Of a stretch of DNA of 32,000 bases, positions 26,113-32,000 are shown piece after piece. The stretch is from Candidatus Cloacimonadota bacterium (lineage in GTDB: Bacteria > Cloacimonadota > Cloacimonadia > G963667145), in contig OY781061.1 of NCBI GenBank assembly GCA_963676515.1, positions 505,520 through 537,519 of the forward strand, given 5' to 3'. Numbering within the stretch: the first letter of the stretch is position 1; each line of letters opens with the position of its first letter. Position numbers and translations under genes: made by a program. The notes below the pieces were generated by a model. That model saw nothing but the letters and a program-made list of their open reading frames with translations, had not been told where the DNA came from and searched no databases.

Positions 26113-26999
26113 TTTTTCTCCTGTATTTCTTTAATTTTTTTGTATATTTTTGCAAACTTATCCCGATAACCTTCGTGCGATTCCACGACAGATTTCCCCT
26201 GCATCACTGCGTCGTAAAATGCTTTATCATAAGGAAGATAGCCCACTACTTCCACCTGAAATTGCCCTAAGTACTCTTTTATCTGGTTGGTGATGTTTTC
26301 GTTGAGGTCGTACTTATTGATGATGGCTACAGACTGGATGCTAAACTTGTTCACCAGCTCCAGCACCCTTTTCAGATCGTGAAATCCCGAAACAGTAGGC
26401 TCTACCACCAGCAACACCAGACTCGCTCCAGACAAGCTGGAAACCACGGGACAACCGATGCCGGGAGAACCATCTACCAACACGATTTTCTTGTTACTCT
26501 CTTTAGCTATTTTCTTAGCTCGGTTCTTCAGCTCTGCCACCAGTTTACCAGAGTTCTCGCCACCTACATCCAGATGAGCGTGCACCATCGTGGTCTTGGT
26601 CTTGATCTGAGAGATAAGCACCTCTCCAGTCAAGCGAGGCAGGTTCGTGATAGCCTCACTCGGACAAATTCTGGCACAGTAGCCACAACCTTCACAACGG
26701 AAAGGATCTATGGTGTACTCCCTTTCGCCAAGCTTGTCTATTGCCAAAAAACTGCAAGCCGTCTGGCATTTGCCACACCCGATGCACTTCTTAGCGTCTA
26801 TCTGGGCTAACTCGCCAGCGTAAAAAACTTCTCTTTCTCTCTCTACGGGCGAGACCACCAAGTGCAAATCTGGGGCGTCTACATCGCAATCTGCCAAGAT
26901 CAGCTCGCTACCTCCGATCACAGCCAAGGCAGCACTAACAGAGGTTTTTCCTGTGCCTCCCTTGCCCGAGATTACCACTATTTCTTGTATATCTTTCAT
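26109..26999 (-). CDS. MinD/ParA-type P-loop ATPase with an inserted double 4Fe-4S ferredoxin domain
   Basis: P-loop SGKGGTGKTS and two Cys clusters (CIGCGKCQTACSF, CEGCGYCARICPSEA). Stop/start overlaps with both neighbours. Confidence 0.85.
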   Translation of the reverse strand: MKDIQEIVVISGKGGTGKTSVSAALAVIGGSELILADCDVDAPDLHLVVSPVEREREVFYAGELAQIDAKKCIGCGKCQTACSFLAIDKLGEREYTIDPFRCEGCGYCARICPSEAITNLPRLTGEVLISQIKTKTTMVHAHLDVGGENSGKLVAELKNRAKKIAKESNKKIVLVDGSPGIGCPVVSSLSGASLVLLVVEPTVSGFHDLKRVLELVNKFSIQSVAIINKYDLNENITNQIKEYLGQFQVEVVGYLPYDKAFYDAVMQGKSVVESHEGYRDKFAKIYKKIKEIQEKK

Positions 27000-27901
27000 A
27001 ATTTTGCCCCCATTCCTGCCACTAGATAGTCGTAAATCGAACGCAGATTTTCCTGCACCTCTGGGTTATCCTCATAGATTAAGTTCCCTTTTGAATAATC
27101 TTCGGCGATTTTTTTGCTTTCCCCTATTTTGGCGATAATCTCCACCTGATTCTGCTGCACAAAGTCTGCTAACAGCTGATCATCAGCCACCCATTTATTG
27201 ACCACTACAGCCAAGGGCTTACCGAGTGCTTTGGCTACTGCCACCGCTAGAGAAGCATCGTAAAGCCCAAAAGGGGTCGGCTCTACTACCAGCAATACCA
27301 AATCTGCTCTACTGAAAGTCTCCACAGCTGGGCAAGCCGTTCCGGGAGGAGAGTCAATAATGGTTAGTCCTGAAAGCAAAATATTCTCGTCCAGATAATC
27401 CAGAACTTCCGCTATTACCGGAACAGCCTGTTCTTGCCCAACATCGAGTCTTCCCTCGATAAATTCCATATTCTCATCTTGAAAAAAGCTAATCTCTCCC
27501 ACTCTATACTCTTGTGGATGCAATGCCTTGGCAGGACAGAGCTCCCAGCACGCTTTGCAACTGTGGCAGAGCTGAGGGAAAGTCATCACCAAACTTTTGG
27601 TCTGAATGATAGCATTAAAATTGCAAACCTTTTGGCAGTTACCACAAAATAAGCAAAGCTCCTGATCCCAAGCGGGAATAGCTCTTTTCACTGGTCGCCG
27701 CTGCACCAAAGGCAACGCAAGAAAAAGCCCAGAGTTTGGCTCTTCTACATCCAGATCCGCTAGTCTTACTTTGCATTTTTGGGCTATCCAGCGGCTGAGA
27801 TTTACAGCCAAAGTGGTCTTGCCTGTGCCGCCTTTTCCGCTCGCTATAGCGACACGAAACTCTTTTTGCTTCGGGAAACTTTTTTCGCTACTTTTTTGCA
27901 T
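26996..27901 (-). CDS. MinD/ParA-type P-loop ATPase with an inserted double 4Fe-4S ferredoxin domain (paralog)
   Basis: P-loop SGKGGTGKTT and Cys clusters CLFCGNCQKVCNF and CHSCKACWELCPAKA. Confidence 0.85.
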   Translation of the reverse strand: MQKSSEKSFPKQKEFRVAIASGKGGTGKTTLAVNLSRWIAQKCKVRLADLDVEEPNSGLFLALPLVQRRPVKRAIPAWDQELCLFCGNCQKVCNFNAIIQTKSLVMTFPQLCHSCKACWELCPAKALHPQEYRVGEISFFQDENMEFIEGRLDVGQEQAVPVIAEVLDYLDENILLSGLTIIDSPPGTACPAVETFSRADLVLLVVEPTPFGLYDASLAVAVAKALGKPLAVVVNKWVADDQLLADFVQQNQVEIIAKIGESKKIAEDYSKGNLIYEDNPEVQENLRSIYDYLVAGMGAKL

Positions 27902-28106
27902 CGTTGTCTTTTGTTAAATTTTCTGAGAAAAAGCGATTTCCCCTGCCAAAACCTGCTCCTCTGCCTCTACCTCTGCCTCCGAATATTCCTCTTCCAGTTC
28001 CCACAGTCTCACCTTTCGTGGCAGCGTCTGCATCTGCGCATCTTCCTAGTCCTCTACCCGTCATGCTTCCTTGTCCGTTAGGACCTTTTCCGTCTAATCC
28101 TGGCAT
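27888..28106 (-). CDS. DUF5320-family small Gly/Arg-rich protein
   Basis: 72 aa. MPGLDGKGPNGQGSMTGRGLGRC... is the typical N-terminus of DUF5320 proteins, which are routinely found between Mrp and MinD-Fer4 genes. Confidence 0.65.
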   Translation of the reverse strand: MPGLDGKGPNGQGSMTGRGLGRCADADAATKGETVGTGRGIFGGRGRGRGAGFGRGNRFFSENLTKDNDAKK

Positions 28107-28107
28107 T

Positions 28108-28920
28108 TTAGCCCTCCTTGTTTTCGATTTTTTTCTCTATTTGATCTACGATAGCTACAAAGGGAGAGTCCGCATTCAAGCCTATGTGAGGAGTCCCATT
28201 GTCGCCTGCTTCCATTATCTTCGGATTGAGAGGCACTCTGCCCAAGAAATCCAGTCCGTACTCTTTGGCAGTGCTCTCTCCACCTCCGCTGTGGAAGATG
28301 TCGGTTACTTTGCCACAGTGCGGACAAACAAATCCGCTCATATTTTCGATCAGCCCGAGCACATTCATCTTGAGCAAACCAGCAAAGCCGATAGATTTGC
28401 GGGTGTCTGCCAGAGCCACCTCTTGTGGTGTGGTCACTATCACGCATCCATCGCACTCTGTGATGGTCTGGGCAATAGTCAGCGGCTCGTCACCCGTGCC
28501 GGGAGGTAGATCCACCAGCAGATAGTCGAGCTCTCCCCAGTTAATGTCGGAGAGAAGTTGGCGGATTACACCTATTTTGGCAGGTCCTCGCCATACAGCA
28601 GGGTCGTTCACATTCTGCGAGTAGAAGCTCAGTGATACTATCTCCAGATTGTCGCTAATCCGATAAGGCTTGCCCGGCTCTTGGGGATGTTTGCCGTGTT
28701 TACCGAACATCACGGGAATATTAGGTCCGTGCAAGTCGGCATCCAAGATTCCTACTTTATAGCCCTTTTGTGCCATTCCGAGGGCGATGTTGCTGGTTAC
28801 TGTCGATTTGCCCACACCACCTTTACCGCTCATTACTACTACTTTGTGCTTTATCTTGGATAAGGTCTCTTGTATTTTCTTGTCCTGCTCTGCCATTTGC
28901 GTGGCTCTATCTTGTTCCAT
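28108..28920 (-). CDS. Mrp/NBP35 (ApbC) family Fe-S cluster carrier ATPase
   Basis: 270 aa. Deviant Walker A SGKGGVGKST, LDADLHGPN, and the CXXC motif FVCPHCG. Confidence 0.9.
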   Translation of the reverse strand: MEQDRATQMAEQDKKIQETLSKIKHKVVVMSGKGGVGKSTVTSNIALGMAQKGYKVGILDADLHGPNIPVMFGKHGKHPQEPGKPYRISDNLEIVSLSFYSQNVNDPAVWRGPAKIGVIRQLLSDINWGELDYLLVDLPPGTGDEPLTIAQTITECDGCVIVTTPQEVALADTRKSIGFAGLLKMNVLGLIENMSGFVCPHCGKVTDIFHSGGGESTAKEYGLDFLGRVPLNPKIMEAGDNGTPHIGLNADSPFVAIVDQIEKKIENKEG

Positions 28921-29204
28921 TAGTTGTCCTCTCCCTTGACTATCAATACTTTGTTGTGCAGTATAGCTTCCAATATTTTCTTAGCTCCCGATGCCAAATC
29001 TCTCTGCAATGAACCGCGAGAAATGTGCATCTTTTCGGCTGCCTCAATCTGACTGCAACCCTCATAGTTACAGAGTCTCAGAGCTTCCAACTCCTCGGAA
29101 CTGATGACAACCTCACTCAGCTCACAGCCAGGAACACCCAGAGGCTTGAACACTCTGTCGTTCCCTAAATATCTGCAATTACGCATTTTACGGTTTCTGG
29201 TCAT
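28920..29204 (-). CDS. DUF134 (UPF0251) predicted DNA-binding protein
   Basis: MTRNRKMRNCRYLGNDRVFKPLGVP...SEELEALRLCNYEGCSQIEAAEKMHISRGSLQRDL is the DUF134 pattern with a sigma70-region-4-like HTH. The start is set at 29204, with AGGAGA 5 nt upstream. The 27-codon extension in the ORF track runs into repeat sequence. Confidence 0.8.
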   Translation of the reverse strand: MTRNRKMRNCRYLGNDRVFKPLGVPGCELSEVVISSEELEALRLCNYEGCSQIEAAEKMHISRGSLQRDLASGAKKILEAILHNKVLIVKGEDN

Positions 29205-29220
29205 CTCATCTCCTATTCTC

Positions 29221-29234
29221 TGTGCATATGCACA
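29221..29234. promoter_or_regulatory. Perfect 14 bp palindrome TGTGCATATGCACA in the leader of the DUF134 operon; candidate operator
   Basis: Self-complementary over all 14 positions. On the minus strand it lies between a TTGACA hexamer (29260-29255) and the RBS of the first operon gene. Confidence 0.5.
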
Positions 29235-29255
29235 AAATAAGCGTTCAAATTTTTT

Positions 29256-29346
29256 GTCAACGGTTTTTTTAGAGAACTTGAACACAACAAAACTCTTGAC
29301 GAAATTGAGGAGATAAAAAATATTCTGTGAAAATTTCCTGCTATGT
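29256..29346 (+). repeat. Leader repeat copy 1 (about 90 nt, contains a promoter-like TTGACG-17-AATATT)
   Basis: Near-identical to 30526-30615 and about 90 percent identical to 31794-31883. TTGACG lies at 29296-29301 and AATATT at 29319-24. Confidence 0.7.
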
Positions 29347-29428
29347 TAATCGCTTCTTTGCTTGTCAAAAAAAATAGTCACTAAAAACAAAATGCTTTGT
29401 TTTTAAAAATTAATTTTATCTAAAAACT

Positions 29429-30280
29429 ATGAAAAAAGAAAAATCAATGATTGTCTTCAACCAAAAAGAGGTTCGTCGTCATTGGGATAACGAAAATGAA
29501 CTTTGGTACTTTTCTGTTATCGATATTATTGAGATTCTCACGGAAAGTCCTCGACCAAGAAAGTATTGGAACGCTCTAAAAACAAAGTTATTAAAAGAAG
29601 GGAGTCAGTTGTCCCACGATATGGGACAACTGAAAATGAAATCTTCTGATGGGAAATTTTATGAAACAGATGTTTTGGACACGAAGAACATTTTAAGGCT
29701 TGTGCAATCTATTCCATCTCCCAAAGCAGAACCTTTTAAAGTTTGGCTAGCGAAAGTCGGATACGAAAGAATCGAAGAAACTGAAGATCCAGAGCTTGCT
29801 TTTGATAGGGCAATGCAAACTTATCTCAAAAAAGGTTATTCAAAAAACTGGATAAACCAAAGACTCAAAAGTATTGAAGTGAGAAAAGAGCTTACTGATG
29901 AATGGAAAGAAAGAGGGATGGAAGAAGGGTTAGATTATGCGATTTTGACGGATGAAATCACAAAAGCTTGGACAGGAAAATCGGTAAAAGAGTACAAAAA
30001 TTTCAAAGGTCTCAAAAAGCAAAACTTGCGAGATAATATGACCAATCTTGAGCTTGTTTTAAATATGTTAGCAGAAGCATCTACTTCTGAAATTTCAAAA
30101 GAACAAAATCCCAAAGGGCTAAGTGCAAATAAAAAGGTAGCAAAGGAAGGCGGGAATGTTGCCAAGCAAGCAAGGATAACATTAGAGAAGCAGACAAGAA
30201 AAAGTATTATTTCTCCTAAAAATGCTGCCGAATTACAAAAACAAAACAACCTTTTAGAAGAAGACAAGCAAGCAGAATAA
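29429..30280 (+). CDS. Bro-N domain / DinD-like (DNA-damage-inducible protein D family) protein, copy 1
   Basis: 283 aa. The N-terminal segment FNQKEVRRHWDNENELWYFSVIDIIEIL has the Bro-N pattern. The C-terminal part (KGLKKQNLRDNMTNLELVLNMLAEASTSEI...) parallels E. coli DinD (KGLKKNQKILDHMGSTELAANLFRATQTEE), from memory. Confidence 0.7.
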   Translation: MKKEKSMIVFNQKEVRRHWDNENELWYFSVIDIIEILTESPRPRKYWNALKTKLLKEGSQLSHDMGQLKMKSSDGKFYETDVLDTKNILRLVQSIPSPKAEPFKVWLAKVGYERIEETEDPELAFDRAMQTYLKKGYSKNWINQRLKSIEVRKELTDEWKERGMEEGLDYAILTDEITKAWTGKSVKEYKNFKGLKKQNLRDNMTNLELVLNMLAEASTSEISKEQNPKGLSANKKVAKEGGNVAKQARITLEKQTRKSIISPKNAAELQKQNNLLEEDKQAE

Positions 30281-30282
30281 TT

Positions 30283-30537
30283 TTAATGCTTAATTAACCC
30301 GTCCAGCTCTGCCAGAATCTCCCTGACTATCTTCTGGGTCGCCCCTGCGTGGCTCTGGACGAAATCGGCACAAGCTTTCCGCTGAGAGGCAAACTTTTCC
30401 CTATCGCTCAAGAAATCCCCTAGTAGCTTTTCCGCCTGCTGAGTATCGCTAAAAACCGTAGCTCCTCCCGCCAACACCAGCTGTTCCGCCTCGTGCGAGC
30501 TGTGGAATTTGTCACCAAACTTTCTGTCATCGGTTTT
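30283..30537 (-). pseudogene. 3' remnant of a Kdo transferase (kdtA/waaA)-like gene, copy 1
   Basis: The frame is open for 84 codons with no ATG. The translation is ...FGDKFHSSHEAEQLVLAGGATVFSDTQQAEKLLGDFLSDREKFASQRKACADFVQSHAGATQKIVREIL. It resembles the WaaA C-terminus (GPHTFNF...L...G....V.D...L...V..LL.D......G..A...V..N.GA). It is cut off exactly at the leader-repeat junction. Its GC content is visibly higher than its neighbours. Confidence 0.5.
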
Positions 30538-30615
30538 TTAGAGAACTTGAACACAACAAAACTCTTGACGAAATTGAGGAGATAAAAAATATTCTGTGAA
30601 AATTTCCTGCTATGT
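30526..30615 (+). repeat. Leader repeat copy 2
   Basis: See copy 1. TTGACG lies at 30565-30570 and AATATT at 30588-30593. Confidence 0.7.
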
Positions 30616-30697
30616 TAATCGCTTCTTTGCTTGTCAAAAAAAATAGTCACTAAAAACAAAATGCTTTGTTTTTAAAAATTAATTTTATCTAAAAACT

Positions 30698-31549
30698 ATG
30701 AAAAAAGAAAAATCAATGATTGTCTTCAACCAAAAAGAGGTTCGTCGTCATTGGGATAACGAAAATGAACTTTGGTACTTTTCTGTTATCGATATTATTG
30801 AGATTCTCACGGAAAGTCCTCGACCAAGAAAGTATTGGAACGCTCTAAAAACAAAGTTATTAAAAGAAGGGAGTCAGTTGTCCCACGATATGGGACAACT
30901 GAAAATGAAATCTTCTGATGGGAAATTTTATGAAACAGATGTTTTGGACACGAAGAACATTTTAAGGCTTGTGCAATCTATTCCATCTCCCAAAGCAGAA
31001 CCTTTTAAAGTTTGGCTAGCGAAAGTCGGATACGAAAGAATCGAAGAAACTGAAGATCCAGAGCTTTCTTTTGATAGGGCAATGCAAACTTATCTCAAAA
31101 AGGGTTATTCAAAAAACTGGATAAACCAAAGGCTCAAAAGTATTGAAGTGAGAAAAGAGCTTACTGATGAATGGAAAGAAAGAGGGCTGGAAAAGAGTTT
31201 AGATTATGCAATTTTGACGGATGAAATCACAAAAGCTTGGACTGGTAAATCGGTAAAAGAGTACAAGAATTTCAAAGGTCTCAAAAAGCAAAATTTGCGA
31301 GATAATATGACCAATCTTGAGCTTGTTTTAAATATGTTAGCAGAAGCATCTACTTCTGAAATTTCAAAAGAACAAAATCCCAAAGGGCTAAATGCAAATA
31401 AAAAAGTAGCAAAAGAAGGTGGTAATGTTGCCAAGCAAGCAAGGATAACATTAGAAAAGCAAACAAGAAAAAGTGTTGTTTCTCCTAAAAATGCTGCCGA
31501 TTTGCAAAAACAAAAAAACCTTTTAGAAGAAGATAAACAAGAAAAATAA
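30698..31549 (+). CDS. Bro-N domain / DinD-like protein, copy 2
   Basis: 283 aa, about 96 percent identical to copy 1. Differences include A124S, MEEG to LEKS and S232N, and most cluster in the last 30 residues. Confidence 0.7.
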   Translation: MKKEKSMIVFNQKEVRRHWDNENELWYFSVIDIIEILTESPRPRKYWNALKTKLLKEGSQLSHDMGQLKMKSSDGKFYETDVLDTKNILRLVQSIPSPKAEPFKVWLAKVGYERIEETEDPELSFDRAMQTYLKKGYSKNWINQRLKSIEVRKELTDEWKERGLEKSLDYAILTDEITKAWTGKSVKEYKNFKGLKKQNLRDNMTNLELVLNMLAEASTSEISKEQNPKGLNANKKVAKEGGNVAKQARITLEKQTRKSVVSPKNAADLQKQKNLLEEDKQEK

Positions 31550-31562
31550 TTTCAACACTTAA

Positions 31563-31805
31563 TTAGCCCTCCAGCTCTGCCAGAATCTCCCTGACTATCT
31601 TCTGGGTCGCCCCTGCGTGGCTCTGGACGAAATCGGCACAAGCTTTCCGCTGAGAGACAAACTTTTCCCTATCGCTCAAGAACTCCCCGAGGAGCTTTTC
31701 CGCCTGCTGAGTATCGCTAAGAACCGTAGCTCCTCCCGCCAACACCAGCTGTTCCGCCTCGTGCGAGCTGTGGAATTTGTCACCAAACTTTCTGTCATCG
31801 GTTTT
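31563..31805 (-). pseudogene. 3' remnant of a kdtA/waaA-like gene, copy 2
   Basis: Same truncated frame as 30283-30537, with a few substitutions and a different last 5 codons. It is cut at the same junction. Confidence 0.5.
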
Positions 31806-31883
31806 TTAGAGAACTTGAACACAACAAAACTCTTGACGAAATTGAAGAGATGAAAAACAATCTGTAAAAATTTCCTGCTATGT
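31794..31883 (+). repeat. Leader repeat copy 3 (diverged), here preceding radC
   Basis: Alignable to copies 1 and 2 up to ...CCTGCTATGT, after which the sequences differ. TTGACG lies at 31833-31838. Confidence 0.65.
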
Positions 31884-31922
31884 AAGTAAGTAAGCTAAAA
31901 ACTTTATTTTAAGTATAAAATT

Positions 31923-32000
31923 ATGACAAAAATTAAAAATACCCCTAGATTTCTTCGCCCAAGAGAAAAATTCCTTCAAAAAGGCTCTGATGCACTTTCA
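31923..32000 (+). CDS. radC: RadC-like (JAB/UPF0758) protein, N-terminal 26 codons only
   Basis: MTKIKNTPRFLRPREKFLQKGSDALS matches the usual RadC N-terminus (..RPREKL...G...LS). Only a short fragment lies in the window. Confidence 0.5.
   Translation, partial: MTKIKNTPRFLRPREKFLQKGSDALS

Noticed and set aside
27904-28509. 201 aa plus-strand ORF, plus the other antisense ORFs listed in the track (for example 549-788, 1013-1336, 3847-4257, 4208-4675, 8080-8517, 13825-14448, 19719-20186, 20468-21061, 26379-26810)
   Set aside because: They are shadow frames lying entirely within, and antisense or out of frame to, genes with clear family signatures. Their composition is low-complexity or biased.
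29205-29285. 27-codon N-terminal extension of the DUF134 ORF (MFKFSKKTVDKKFERLFCAYAQRIGDE)
   Set aside because: The DUF134 family begins at the MTRNRK... position. A strong AGGAGA RBS precedes that ATG. The extension also covers the palindrome and the promoter/repeat junction.
29429-31549. Diversity-generating retroelement-type template/variable repeat pair, suggested by the two diverged Bro copies
   Set aside because: There is no reverse transcriptase, the whole 1.27 kb unit including noncoding DNA is duplicated, and the substitutions are not adenine-specific.

Overview
This 32 kb chromosomal window is gene-dense and carries Gram-negative (diderm) envelope genes plus Fe-S and Mo-cluster genes typical of anaerobes. 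I cannot name the organism from sequence alone.

Gene content, left to right:
- 1-4557 (-): an operon of a LolA-like protein, an outer-membrane barrel, an MMPL/RND exporter and a SAM methyltransferase.
- 4560-6085: a 1.5 kb ORF-free region built from three decayed ~460 bp modules rich in hairpins.
- 6086-9954: a purine permease, a 2-hydroxyacid dehydrogenase and an NFACT/DUF814 protein.
- 9951-15182 (-): a five-gene operon. It encodes a fusion of a FliF C-terminal ring motif, a TM helix and FliG middle/C domains, then an outer-membrane protein, a TPR lipoprotein, MotA and MotB. No other flagellar gene is in the window. This is my main candidate for an undescribed system, a possible non-flagellar stator-rotor envelope machine.
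- 15458-18607 (+): ApbE, a GT2 glycosyltransferase and a pentapeptide-repeat membrane protein, with overlapping stop/start codons.
- 18609-21609 (-): cysS, a CNNM/CorC protein and ybeY.
- 21756-23120 (+): a 454 aa orphan ORF, followed by an unassigned 370 bp gap.
- 23534-23794 (-): a tRNA Gly-Cys-Leu operon.
- 23880-29204 (-): a nine-gene ORP-like (orange protein type) metal-cluster operon. Its genes are DUF134, Mrp/NBP35, DUF5320, two MinD-4Fe4S ATPases, two NifX-like proteins, a ModA-like protein and DUF364. A perfect 14 bp palindrome lies in its leader.
- 29256-31883: a 1269 bp tandem duplication carrying a Bro-N/DinD-like gene and a GC-rich kdtA/waaA-like 3' gene remnant.
- 31923-32000 (+): the start of a radC-like gene.

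All calls rest on reading the ORF translations and the DNA by eye. No database search was run.
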